The notes below the pieces were generated by a model. It saw only the letters and a program-made list of their open reading frames with translations. It was not told the origin of the DNA and searched no databases. This document shows positions 1-8,679 of a stretch of DNA of 29,060 nucleotides, piece by piece. Position 1 is the first letter of the stretch. Every line of letters begins with the position of its first letter. Origin of the DNA: a virus (taxonomy: Duplodnaviria; Caudoviricetes); the IMG/VR virus record IMGVR_UViG_3300027679_000027, positions 1-29,060 of that record; one strand, written 5' to 3'. The translations under genes were made by a program, and so were the position numbers.

Positions 1-78
1 GAATATCCACAGGTAACACACGCAGACGCAGGCTGGAATGCGCCAATATGCACAGGTTTTCCACAATGGAGACAATAA
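1..78 (+). CDS. 3' end of an upstream hypothetical gene (partial)
   Basis: Open frame EYPQVTHADAGWNAPICTGFPQWRQ* from base 1, with TAA at 76-78 directly abutting the next start. Confidence 0.4.
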   Translation, partial: EYPQVTHADAGWNAPICTGFPQWRQ

Positions 79-396
79 TTGAGAACAAAACACGAATACG
101 TCAGAAGCAAAAAACTGCTGAAGATGGTGGCAAGTCTTGATTGCCAAGCCTGCGGTTCAGGGCATATGGTGCAAGCTGCACACACAAACTGGGGCAGCGG
201 CAAAGGTAGAGGCATCAAAGCTGATGACAATCAAGTGGCTGCTTTATGCCTGAAATGCCATTACGAAGTTGACCAAGGCAAAGACTTGAGCAAAGAAGAA
301 CGGCAGAAAATGTGGACAGATGCACACAAGGCAACAATAAAAGCACTTGAGGCCGATTGGCCTGTAAACTTACCTAAACCAACGGAGATTGCATGA
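79..396 (+). CDS. Zn-binding HNH-like phage protein (DUF968/DUF1364/Ref-like)
   Basis: CxxC (CQAC) ... AAH ... GxGxKxxD ... LCxxCH pattern. TTG start; stop overlaps the next ATG (ATGA). Confidence 0.7.
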   Translation: MRTKHEYVRSKKLLKMVASLDCQACGSGHMVQAAHTNWGSGKGRGIKADDNQVAALCLKCHYEVDQGKDLSKEERQKMWTDAHKATIKALEADWPVNLPKPTEIA

Positions 397-1001
397 ACCC
401 AGCAGACAAGGTGGAAAAGTGGAAGATAAGCAAACTTATCCCCTATGCAAGAAACGCACGAACTCACAGCGATGAACAGGTTGGGCAGATTGCTGCAAGC
501 ATAAAAGAGTGGGGCTGGACAACACCAGTGCTGGTAGATGAACAGGGCGGCATCATTGCGGGACATGGGCGCACATTGGCAGCGCAAAAGCTGGGCATGA
601 CTGAAGTTCCTGTAATGGTGGCAAAGGGCTGGAGTGATGCCAAAAAACGTGCTTATGTGTTGGCAGACAATAAACTGGCGCTAAATGCAGGCTGGGACAA
701 CGAGATGCTGGCGCTTGAGTTGGGCGAACTTGGCGACTTAGGGTTTGATCTGGACTTGACTGGCTTTAGTGCTGGTTTTATTGCAGAATTGACACAAGGC
801 CAAGTGCCTGAACTTGGGTTGTTGCCAGATGAAAAGCTAGAAAACTTTTTAAACGGGGACACAAAAATATTGCGCCTTGCTTATGATGAGCAAGAATTCG
901 AATCAATAATCAATGCTTTAAAACAGTTACAAGAAAAAACAGGGGTGAATGACTTTTCTTCAATAATTTTGGACTTGGTGATTAAGTCATGCGAAAATTA
1001 G
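393..1001 (+). CDS. ParB/Sulfiredoxin N-terminal domain protein
   Basis: LIPYARNARTH, IAASIKEWGWTTPVLVD, IIAGHGRTLAA and ADNKLALNAGWD are ParB-N motifs as seen in phage ParB-methyltransferase fusions. The C-terminus is short and lacks MTase motifs. Confidence 0.9.
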   Translation: MNPADKVEKWKISKLIPYARNARTHSDEQVGQIAASIKEWGWTTPVLVDEQGGIIAGHGRTLAAQKLGMTEVPVMVAKGWSDAKKRAYVLADNKLALNAGWDNEMLALELGELGDLGFDLDLTGFSAGFIAELTQGQVPELGLLPDEKLENFLNGDTKILRLAYDEQEFESIINALKQLQEKTGVNDFSSIILDLVIKSCEN

Positions 1002-1867
1002 TAATTGAAAACCCAATAAAAATTAACTTTGCTGATTACAAAGGCAAAGTGCCAACGACAAAAGATTACGATACCCTTATAAACTTTGAGTGCCAAATTT
1101 ATGTAAAAGATAAATTAGTTTGCACTTATAAAAAAACAAGCACTGAAGTGCAGCAAGTGTTGGCTTATGCAAGCGCCAACTCCACAGCTAAAAAAAGCAG
1201 TAGGACACTTGGGGTAGTTACAAATTCCACCGTGTTTGGTTCACTGCCAAGGGTGGCGCTGCGGGAAGATTATTGCCGTTTTAGCGGAGATACTAAAAAA
1301 GACCCCAAAATGTTTGCGCTGCTAACAAAGGCGGCAAAGGAACTTTGGGGCGTATATGAAAAAGACTTTCCAGAAATGAGCAAGTTTTTTGCAGAAGAAT
1401 CCAGCCGCATACACCCAGACTGGATGAAAACAGGCACACCATTTTCGACAATCAACATTAACAAAAACTTTGCAATAAAATACCATGTTGATGCTGGCAA
1501 CGTAGCAAGCGTTTACAGCAATGTCCTTATTAGCAAGCGTTTGGCTGAAGGTGGTTATTTTGTGATGCCTGAGTACAGGCTGGCATTAGCCCAAGAAGAT
1601 GGCTGGATGGCTATTGTTGATGGGGTCAACGTCATGCACGGGGTTACACCAATAACCTTTTTAGGTAACAAAAGCTGGCGCAACTCTTTTGTTTTCTATA
1701 CCCTTGGGAACTTGAAGCACTGCAACTGCAAGCCTGATGAACTGTCAAGGATGAAAACAAAGGCAACCGAAAGGGCAATAAAACGGGCTGGCGGTAACAA
1801 AGACCTTCATGCCTTACACAGCAAACGCACTGCTGAAAATGGGGTGGACAATGACAGCAAAACTTGA
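989..1867 (+). CDS. 2-oxoglutarate/Fe(II) dioxygenase, TET/JBP-like
   Basis: PFSTININKN followed by HxD (YHVDAGN, His codon 1484), a distal His (MHGVTPI, 1637) and the 2OG-binding Arg in RNSFVFY (1679). This is the signature order of TET/JBP oxygenases. Confidence 0.85.
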   Translation: MRKLVIENPIKINFADYKGKVPTTKDYDTLINFECQIYVKDKLVCTYKKTSTEVQQVLAYASANSTAKKSSRTLGVVTNSTVFGSLPRVALREDYCRFSGDTKKDPKMFALLTKAAKELWGVYEKDFPEMSKFFAEESSRIHPDWMKTGTPFSTININKNFAIKYHVDAGNVASVYSNVLISKRLAEGGYFVMPEYRLALAQEDGWMAIVDGVNVMHGVTPITFLGNKSWRNSFVFYTLGNLKHCNCKPDELSRMKTKATERAIKRAGGNKDLHALHSKRTAENGVDNDSKT

Positions 1868-2300
1868 AAAACCAATTCTAAAAAGCAAAAAGACAAAAAC
1901 TGTGCCAGAAAAAGCACAAGACCCAAACTACGGTGGGGCACGACAAGGCGCAGGCAGGCCAGCCTTTGAGCCGACAGTAGCCGAGCGCAAACAGGTAGAA
2001 GCACTGTCAGGATATGGCTTGCCTATTGAGCAAATTGGCGCACTTGTGCGCGATGGCATACACATTGACACACTGAGGGCGCACTTCAGTTCCGAGTTAG
2101 TCAGCGGCAAGTCAAAAGCCAACGCCCAAGTGGGCAAGACTCTGTTTCAAAAGGTAATGGCAGGCGACACGACTGCGGCTATTTGGTGGTCAAAGACGCA
2201 GATGCGGTGGGCAGAAACTCAAAAGCACGAACTGACTGGCGCCGATGGTGTGCCGCTTGAATTCACAAAGATTGAGCGTGTGATTGTCAAAAATGGGTAA
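1851..2300 (+). CDS. terS: Terminase small subunit (probable)
   Basis: GGARQGAGRP motif, HTH-like middle, AAIWWSK..M.W.E and ELTGADGVPL tail. Lies immediately upstream of and overlaps terL. ATG 1851 follows GGGGTGG. Confidence 0.75.
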   Translation: MTAKLEKPILKSKKTKTVPEKAQDPNYGGARQGAGRPAFEPTVAERKQVEALSGYGLPIEQIGALVRDGIHIDTLRAHFSSELVSGKSKANAQVGKTLFQKVMAGDTTAAIWWSKTQMRWAETQKHELTGADGVPLEFTKIERVIVKNG

Positions 2301-3519
2301 AACCCTGCAAATCCAAACCCCTGAGTGGGCGCTGCCCCTGTTAGAACCCAGCCGTTATAAGGGCGCATGGGGTGGTCGAGGAAGTGGCAAATCCCACACC
2401 TTTGCCGAAATGATGATTGAAGGCCACATACTTGACCAAAAGCGCAGAAGCGTTTGCGTGCGGGAAATACAGAAATCGCTAAACCAATCCGTTAAGCGGC
2501 TGCTGGAGACCAAGATTGAGGCCATGAACGCTGGCGCATACTTTGCCGTACAGGATTCGGTCATCAAGTCCAAAAAGGGCGATGGTGCGATTATTTTCCA
2601 AGGGATGCAGAATCACACCGCCGACAGTATTAAGTCACTGGAAGGGTATGACTGCGCTTGGGTGGAGGAAGCCCAGTCCTTAAGCCAGACCAGCCTTGAC
2701 CTACTTAGGCCAACAATCCGTAAACCTAACAGCGAGTTGTGGTTCACATGGAACCCGAGGCAGAACAGTGACCCAGTGGATTTTCTACTGCGTGGCCCTG
2801 AACCGCCAACCGATGCGGCAGTAATCAAGGTTAACTTTGGTGACAACCCGTGGTTTCCACAAGTCCTGAAGGACGAAATGGAGTACGACAAGAGGCGTGA
2901 CCCTGACAAATATCAGCACGTTTGGATGGGTCAATACCTACGGAACAGCAGCAGCAGAGTATTCAGAAATTGGAAGATTGACGAGTTTGAAGCACCAGAC
3001 GAAGCAATCCACCGACTTGGGGCTGACTGGGGATTCTCGGTAGACCCGACTGTGTTGGTGCGCTGCCACATTATCGGGCGAACCCTTTACATTGATTATG
3101 AGGCTTACATGGTGGGGTGCGAGATTGTGAATACCCCCGAACTATTCATGCAAGTGCCAGAGGCTGAGAAATGGCCTATCGTTGCAGACTCAGCCCGACC
3201 AGAGACCATCAGCCACATGAAGCGCAACGGGTTTCCAAAGATAATGACCGCGGTCAAAGGGCCAAAGTCTGTTGAGGAAGGCATAGAGTTTTTGAAGAAC
3301 TACGACATTGTGGTTCACCCTCGCTGCATCCACACCATTGACGAATTAAGTTTGTACAGTTATAAATCAGACCCATTGACTGGGAGAATCCTGCCCCAGC
3401 TTGAGGACAAAAAGAACCATGTTATTGATGCTTTGCGGTATGCGTGCGAGGGCATTAGGCGGTCAGCGGTTACAAAACCAGCTACATTTACGCCATTGCC
3501 CAATGTCAAACGCTGGTAG
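2293..3519 (+). CDS. terL: Terminase large subunit (PBSX family)
   Basis: Walker A GGRGSGKS, Walker B CAWVEEA, TWNP coupling motif, and RNase H-like nuclease motifs GADWGFSVDP and NHVIDALRYA. Confidence 0.96.
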   Translation: MGKTLQIQTPEWALPLLEPSRYKGAWGGRGSGKSHTFAEMMIEGHILDQKRRSVCVREIQKSLNQSVKRLLETKIEAMNAGAYFAVQDSVIKSKKGDGAIIFQGMQNHTADSIKSLEGYDCAWVEEAQSLSQTSLDLLRPTIRKPNSELWFTWNPRQNSDPVDFLLRGPEPPTDAAVIKVNFGDNPWFPQVLKDEMEYDKRRDPDKYQHVWMGQYLRNSSSRVFRNWKIDEFEAPDEAIHRLGADWGFSVDPTVLVRCHIIGRTLYIDYEAYMVGCEIVNTPELFMQVPEAEKWPIVADSARPETISHMKRNGFPKIMTAVKGPKSVEEGIEFLKNYDIVVHPRCIHTIDELSLYSYKSDPLTGRILPQLEDKKNHVIDALRYACEGIRRSAVTKPATFTPLPNVKRW

Positions 3520-3524
3520 ATAAT
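3496..3524 (+). promoter_or_regulatory. Putative sigma70-like promoter upstream of portal
   Basis: TTGCCC-N17-GATAAT; same pattern as at 5593 and 15444. Confidence 0.45.
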
Positions 3525-3542
3525 CGCCTTAAAGGGACAAAT

Positions 3543-5606
3543 ATGGCACGAATACCCAACGACCAACGCCTTGCCAATCTGCACGCTGAAGCACTGCGGC
3601 AGTTCAACGACATACAAACCGCCTTGCGGGATGAGCGTTTGCAATGCTTGCAAGACCGTAGATTTTATTCTTTGTGCGGCAGTCAGTGGGAAGGCCCACT
3701 CTACGACCAGTACGAAAATAAACCCAAGTTTGAAGTCAACAAAATTATGTTGGCTGTTATTCGCATTGTTAACGAATACCGAAACAATCGCATAACAGTT
3801 GACTATGTAAGCAAGGATGGCACAGAGAACGACAAGCTGGCTGAAGTCTGCGATGGCCTATATCGTGCTGACGAACAGGCATCCGTGGCTGATGAGGCTT
3901 ACGACAACGCTTTTGAAGAAGCTGTAGGCGGCGGGATTGGTGCATGGCGGCTGCGGACAGTTTACGAGGACGAAGAAGATGACGAGGACGACCGCCAGCG
4001 CATTCGCTTTGAGCCTATCTACGATGCTGACAGTTCAGTATTCTTTGACCTTAACGCCAAGCGGCAAGATAAATCAGACGCTAAGTATTGCTTTGTGGTC
4101 ACCAGCATGACCCGAGAAAGCTACAAAGAAGTCTATAACGATGACCCAACAGACTGGCCTAAGATTATTCACCAGTACGAATTTGACTGGGCAACCCCTG
4201 ACATTGTGTTTGTTGCTGAATACTACAAACTTGAGGAAAAGACCGAGTTAATCCGCATATTCCAAGCGATTGATGGCACAGAAGAACGCTATACCGCTAC
4301 AGATTTTGTGAACGATGAGACGCTAGAAGAAACCTTAATGGCAGTCGGCACTCGTGAGGTACGCCAAAAGCGTGTCAAGCGGATGCGTGTTCGCAAATAC
4401 ATCATGTCGGGCGGCAAGGTTTTAGAAGATGCTGGCTACATTGCTGGCAAGTGCATCCCGATTGTGGTGGTCTACGGCAAACGCTGGTTTGTGGATAACA
4501 TCGAACGCTGTATGGGTGCAGTCAGGCTTGCCAAAGATGCCCAACGCCTGAAGAATATGCAGCTTAGTAAGCTGGGTGAGATCAGCGCACTGTCCAGCAT
4601 CGAAAAGCCCATCATGACACCCGAGCAAGTTGCAGGGCATCAAGTGATGTGGGCTGAAGATAACTTGCGGGATTACCCTTATCTTTTGATTAACCCTGTG
4701 ACTGGGGCTGATGGGGGAACGCAAATTAGTGGGCCTGTTGCTTACACAAAGTCAGCACAAATCCCACCAGCAATGGCGGCACTTTTGCAGATTACTGAGC
4801 AGGATATGCAGGACATTTTGGGCAACCCGCAGGGCGCAGACAAGATAGTTTCGGGCGTATCAGGCAAGGCGGTTGAGTTGATACAAACCCGTGTGGATAT
4901 GCAGACCTTCATTTACATGAGCAACTTTGCCAAAGGCATGAAGCGATGTGGTGAGATTTGGTTGAGCATGGCAAAGGAAATCTACACTGAAGATAAGCGC
5001 AAGATGAAAACCATTGCGCCTACTGGCGAAGCTGGCATGGTCGAATTAATGCAGCCAATGATTGACCCAGAGACGGGCGGCATGATGATGGCGAACGACT
5101 TGAGTGATGCCACTTTTGATGTTGTTTCGCAAGTCGGGCCATCCAGTAGCAGCAAGCGTGCAGCCACGGTCAGGGCTTTGACTGGGATGCTTCAAATTAC
5201 CCAAGACCCTGAGACCGCCCAAGTGCTGACAGCAATGGCGATGATGAACATGGAAGGCGAGGGCGTGCAAGATGCTAATGCTTATTTCCGCAAGAAGTTA
5301 CTGCGTATGGGTGTTGTTAAGCCAACAGATGATGAAGCGCAAACCTTGATGGAAGAAATGCAAGGCCAGCCGCAAGACCCGAATTCCATGTATTTGCAGG
5401 CGGCGGCTGAAAATGAAACGGCAAAAGCAGCAAAAGCAAGGGCTGACACTGTGGAAACCGTAGCAAGCGCAGAACTGAAACGCGCCCAAACGCTGGAAAC
5501 TTTAGGCAAAGTTGACCAAACATCACAAGAGATGGCGATGACAAACGCCCAAGCCGTGCAAGAGATATTACAGGGGCAGATTGTGCAACCTGTTGCGAAT
5601 CAGTAA
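3543..5606 (+). CDS. Portal protein, P22 gp1-like
   Basis: 687 aa following terL, with GSQW, PKFEVNKI, AFEEAVGGGIGAWR, GAVRLAKDAQRLKN and SGKAV motifs, and a Gln/Ala-rich helical C-terminal barrel. Confidence 0.93.
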   Translation: MARIPNDQRLANLHAEALRQFNDIQTALRDERLQCLQDRRFYSLCGSQWEGPLYDQYENKPKFEVNKIMLAVIRIVNEYRNNRITVDYVSKDGTENDKLAEVCDGLYRADEQASVADEAYDNAFEEAVGGGIGAWRLRTVYEDEEDDEDDRQRIRFEPIYDADSSVFFDLNAKRQDKSDAKYCFVVTSMTRESYKEVYNDDPTDWPKIIHQYEFDWATPDIVFVAEYYKLEEKTELIRIFQAIDGTEERYTATDFVNDETLEETLMAVGTREVRQKRVKRMRVRKYIMSGGKVLEDAGYIAGKCIPIVVVYGKRWFVDNIERCMGAVRLAKDAQRLKNMQLSKLGEISALSSIEKPIMTPEQVAGHQVMWAEDNLRDYPYLLINPVTGADGGTQISGPVAYTKSAQIPPAMAALLQITEQDMQDILGNPQGADKIVSGVSGKAVELIQTRVDMQTFIYMSNFAKGMKRCGEIWLSMAKEIYTEDKRKMKTIAPTGEAGMVELMQPMIDPETGGMMMANDLSDATFDVVSQVGPSSSSKRAATVRALTGMLQITQDPETAQVLTAMAMMNMEGEGVQDANAYFRKKLLRMGVVKPTDDEAQTLMEEMQGQPQDPNSMYLQAAAENETAKAAKARADTVETVASAELKRAQTLETLGKVDQTSQEMAMTNAQAVQEILQGQIVQPVANQ

Positions 5607-5621
5607 AAAACAAGCGAGAAT
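5593..5621 (+). promoter_or_regulatory. Putative promoter for scaffold/coat genes
   Basis: TTGCGA-N17-GAGAAT. The predicted +1 near 5628 coincides with the start of the structured leader. Confidence 0.5.
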
Positions 5622-5627
5622 CAGACA

Positions 5628-5693
5628 AACGGCAACCACCCAGCCGTTCAAAGTGGGTGAGTCACGGCAACCGTAAGCCGATAAAAATACGAG
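5628..5693 (+). ncRNA. Putative cis-regulatory RNA: two tandem H-type pseudoknots in the scaffold leader
   Basis: Unit 1: AACGGC/GCCGTT stem, with loop CACCCA pairing to TGGGTG. Unit 2: CGGC/GCCG stem, with loop CGTA pairing to TACG. Shared frame ACGGC-AAC...A-GCCG...GAG. Confidence 0.6.
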
Positions 5694-5707
5694 CAAAGGG
5701 GTCAACG

Positions 5708-6544
5708 ATGAACAAAAAGGCAGTAATTGAGGACGATAAAGTCGAGGTAATAGAAGAGGAAACCGAAGTCAGCGAAATCGTTGATGAGGTAGAACCGGAA
5801 GATACCGAAGAAGTTATTGTCAGCATTGGTGAGGAAGCGCCACCTCCTGAAGAGCAGCTTTCTGAGTATGGCTGGGCAGCCAAGATGCGTATAGAAAACA
5901 GAGAACTTAAGCGTAAAGCCCGTGAACTTGAAGCAAGGTTGCAAAGTACAGAACCACCTGAGACCAAACCAGTGGTGATAGGTAACAAGCCCAAGTTGGA
6001 AGATCACGACTATGACGCTGATAAGTACGAGGAAGCATTGACAAACTGGTTTGACCGAAAACGTCAAGCCGATGATGTCAACGCCAAGCAAGAAGCTGAA
6101 GTTATGAACCAGCAGAAGGCATGGCAAGCCAAGTTGGATGGTTACGGTAAGGCGAAAGCCGAGCTAAGAGTAAAGGACTTTGAAGATGCTGAAGAAGTTG
6201 CTCAACAAGTTTTTTCTATCACCCAGCAAGGCGTTTTGCTGCAAGGTGCAGATAATCCTGCACTCGTTGTTTACGCACTTGGTAAGAACCCTGCAAAAGC
6301 TAAAGAGTTGGCTGAAATCAAAGACCCCGTAAAGTTTGCCTTTGCGGTAGCAAAACTGGAGAAAGACTTGAAAGTTACAAACCGTAGGCAAGCACCCGCA
6401 CCCGAAAGAATCATCAGTGGAACTGGTCGTTCATCAGGTGCGGTGGACTCAACACTTGAACGGCTGCGAGCAGATGCAGAGCGTACAGGAAACATGACAA
6501 AAGTCATCCAGTACAAAGCGCAAAAACGAGCAGCATCCAAATAA
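5708..6544 (+). CDS. Scaffolding protein
   Basis: Lies between portal and coat. Acidic N-terminus, coiled coils, KPKLEDHDYD motif and a basic C-terminal helix. ATG 5708 follows AAGGGG. Confidence 0.8.
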   Translation: MNKKAVIEDDKVEVIEEETEVSEIVDEVEPEDTEEVIVSIGEEAPPPEEQLSEYGWAAKMRIENRELKRKARELEARLQSTEPPETKPVVIGNKPKLEDHDYDADKYEEALTNWFDRKRQADDVNAKQEAEVMNQQKAWQAKLDGYGKAKAELRVKDFEDAEEVAQQVFSITQQGVLLQGADNPALVVYALGKNPAKAKELAEIKDPVKFAFAVAKLEKDLKVTNRRQAPAPERIISGTGRSSGAVDSTLERLRADAERTGNMTKVIQYKAQKRAASK

Positions 6545-6562
6545 ACAAATCAGGAGCTTTTT

Positions 6563-7852
6563 ATGAGTAATTCATTCAGTAAGGAAGAGCGCGTAGCGTT
6601 TGAGGACATCCTTGAAGGCTTTAACGATGCTCTAGTTTTGTCCCGCAACGTATCCATCTACAACACAGATGGTTCGATGATGGAACGCACCAACAACGTC
6701 ATCTATCGTCCACAGCCTTATATCGCACAGTCGTATGATGGCATGGACCAAACCAACAACTTCACCGCATACACACAGCTTTCAGTACCAGCGACACTTG
6801 GCTTTCAAAAGTCTGTGCCGTTTATTCTTGATGCTTTGGAATTGCGTGATGCACTGCAAGAAGGTCGCTTGGGTGAAGCTGCAAAGCAGAAGCTGGCATC
6901 CGACATCAACATCGCCATCATGAACACTGCCGCAAACCTTGGTTCGTTGGTGGTCACTGTCAGCACAGCCGCTGGTGACTATGACGATATCGCTTTGTGC
7001 GACAGCATTATGAACGAACAGGGCGTACAAGCCTTTGATCGTTACTTGGCCTTGTCCAGCCGTGACTACAACGGCATCGCTGGCAATATTGCTGGTGGTA
7101 CTGGTGGCGCTTCCGTGTCCCGTAGTTTTGCAGGCACTAAGTCCAACACCGCTTTTGAGCGTTCTTTTGTAGGTATGGTCGCAGGCTTTGAGACCTACAA
7201 ACTTGACTACGCAAACCGCATTTCAGCGGCAACTGGCTCTGACCCAACGATGAGCACTTTGGCTGCGGCACTGAACTACTATGTGCCTGTTGCAACCTCA
7301 ACTGCGTCAACTGGTGAAACTGCCAACGTGGACAATCGTTTCCAAACGATTACCGTGTCCAGCACTACCGACTTGCCAGCAGGAACTGCCATTGAGATCG
7401 AAGGCGTTGAAGCTGTGCATCACATCACCAAGCAAGGTACTGGATTTTCCAAGACTTTCCGTGTAGTGAGCGTGACCACTGCAACCACTTGCGTAATCAC
7501 ACCTCCAATCATTTCCGCACAAGGTGGAACTGATGCGGAGTTGCAGTATCAAAACTGTATCGTGACTGCCGCTTCTGGTCGCACCATCAACCGCTTGAAT
7601 ACCGATGCCGCACCTATCAATTGCTTCTGGCAAAAAGATGCGCTTGAGATTCTGCCTGGTCGTTACGCTGTCCCCTCTGATGCTGGTGTCGCAGTGATGC
7701 GTGCCTCGACAGATCAGGGCATCGAATTGGTCATGCAAAAGCAATACGATGTGAACACCATGAAAACCAAGTATCGTTTGGATACCTTGTTTGGCGTGGT
7801 CAACAAGCAACCTGAGATGTCCGGCATCCTGTTGTTCAACCAAACACCTTAA
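6563..7852 (+). CDS. Major capsid protein, P22 gp5 family
   Basis: 429 aa with strong SD CAGGAG. Motifs include MSNSFSKEERVAFE, AAKQKLASDIN and KYRLDTLFGV..KQPEMSG. Confidence 0.93.
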   Translation: MSNSFSKEERVAFEDILEGFNDALVLSRNVSIYNTDGSMMERTNNVIYRPQPYIAQSYDGMDQTNNFTAYTQLSVPATLGFQKSVPFILDALELRDALQEGRLGEAAKQKLASDINIAIMNTAANLGSLVVTVSTAAGDYDDIALCDSIMNEQGVQAFDRYLALSSRDYNGIAGNIAGGTGGASVSRSFAGTKSNTAFERSFVGMVAGFETYKLDYANRISAATGSDPTMSTLAAALNYYVPVATSTASTGETANVDNRFQTITVSSTTDLPAGTAIEIEGVEAVHHITKQGTGFSKTFRVVSVTTATTCVITPPIISAQGGTDAELQYQNCIVTAASGRTINRLNTDAAPINCFWQKDALEILPGRYAVPSDAGVAVMRASTDQGIELVMQKQYDVNTMKTKYRLDTLFGVVNKQPEMSGILLFNQTP

Positions 7853-7861
7853 GGAGTTATC

Positions 7862-8473
7862 ATGAGTTACAACGTAGTTTTTGCACAAGGTACGGTTACC
7901 GTTACCGTGCCAGCAGGCGAGAAAATCGCCGTTCAAGCCTACTCACCAGCAAGTGTGTTTCAAGAAGTTGGCTATCCCAATTTCCCTGAGTCACAAGACT
8001 TGTTGCAAGTAGTTGAAAACACCACCTATGTATCTGCCGCATTCACCAATGCCACCAGCGTTACTATTCAAGCTGGTGCATCGGGTGCGCTTTACGCAGT
8101 AGGTGTTGCTCCCGTAATCACGGACGATGGCAACTGGCAACTTCAGGGTGCGCCAGCCAACATAACTGACGGTGCATCAATGATCGCCACAGCAGCAGAA
8201 GTGCTGACTGGTATCGTTACTGCAACGCCTACGACAACCCGTTCCATCCAACTGCCAACAGGTGCAAACCTTGATTTGGCAACTGAGTGGGCAATTGGTG
8301 AGGCATTTGACTTTAGCGTGATTACTTTGGCTGCATTTGCTTTGACCATCACGGTCAACACAGGTGTGACCATTGTGGGTTCTGCCGCAACTGCGGCAAC
8401 GTCTGGTGCATCTGCACGATTCCGTGTTCGCAAGACTGCGGCAGATACTTTCATTGTTTACCGAGTAGGTTAA
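7862..8473 (+). CDS. Putative capsid decoration/virion protein
   Basis: Directly follows the coat gene, with strong SD TAAGGAG. Thr/Ala/Val-rich beta composition; followed by a terminator. Confidence 0.55.
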   Translation: MSYNVVFAQGTVTVTVPAGEKIAVQAYSPASVFQEVGYPNFPESQDLLQVVENTTYVSAAFTNATSVTIQAGASGALYAVGVAPVITDDGNWQLQGAPANITDGASMIATAAEVLTGIVTATPTTTRSIQLPTGANLDLATEWAIGEAFDFSVITLAAFALTITVNTGVTIVGSAATAATSGASARFRVRKTAADTFIVYRVG

Positions 8474-8480
8474 TTAACCC

Positions 8481-8509
8481 ACAGGCCGGCAGAGATGTTG
8501 GCCTGTTTT
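8481..8509 (+). terminator. Rho-independent terminator
   Basis: ACAGGCCGGCA-GAGA-TGTTGGCCTGT stem (with G-U pairs and a GNRA loop) followed by a short T run. Confidence 0.7.
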
Positions 8510-8523
8510 ACATGGAGAGCAAA

Positions 8524-8679
8524 ATGCCAGGACACACAATGAAAATGGGTAAGGGCGACAAAAAAATGTCGGATGTTATTAAAAAAGAAATGAAAGCAGG
8601 CAAGCCCCAAAAGCAAGCCGTTGCTATGGCGTATGGCATGATGAAAAAGCCAGCCGCTAAGTCAATGAAAAAGAAATGA
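8524..8679 (+). CDS. Small Lys/Met-rich basic protein (51 aa, not in ORF track)
   Basis: MPGHTMKMGKGDKKMSDVIKKEMKAGKPQKQAVAMAYGMMKKPAAKSMKKK*. SD GGAGAG; ATGA overlap with the next gene. Confidence 0.8.
   Translation: MPGHTMKMGKGDKKMSDVIKKEMKAGKPQKQAVAMAYGMMKKPAAKSMKKK

Noticed and set aside
393-1001. Plasmid-prophage partition system
   Set aside because: No ParA, no HTH after the ParB-N domain and no parS-like repeats. The context is DNA modification and packaging.
5628-5693. Mini-CRISPR array or known riboswitch (preQ1, SAM-II)
   Set aside because: Only two short degenerate units with no spacers, and the conserved nucleotides of those riboswitch classes are not evident.
5657-5707. GTG start extending the scaffold ORF
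   Set aside because: The extension runs through the structured leader and lacks an SD. ATG 5708 has an SD and gives a typical acidic N-terminus.
7307-7936. 209-aa minus-strand ORF and other antisense ORFs in the late region
   Set aside because: These are shadows of well-supported + strand genes, with no motifs or SD.
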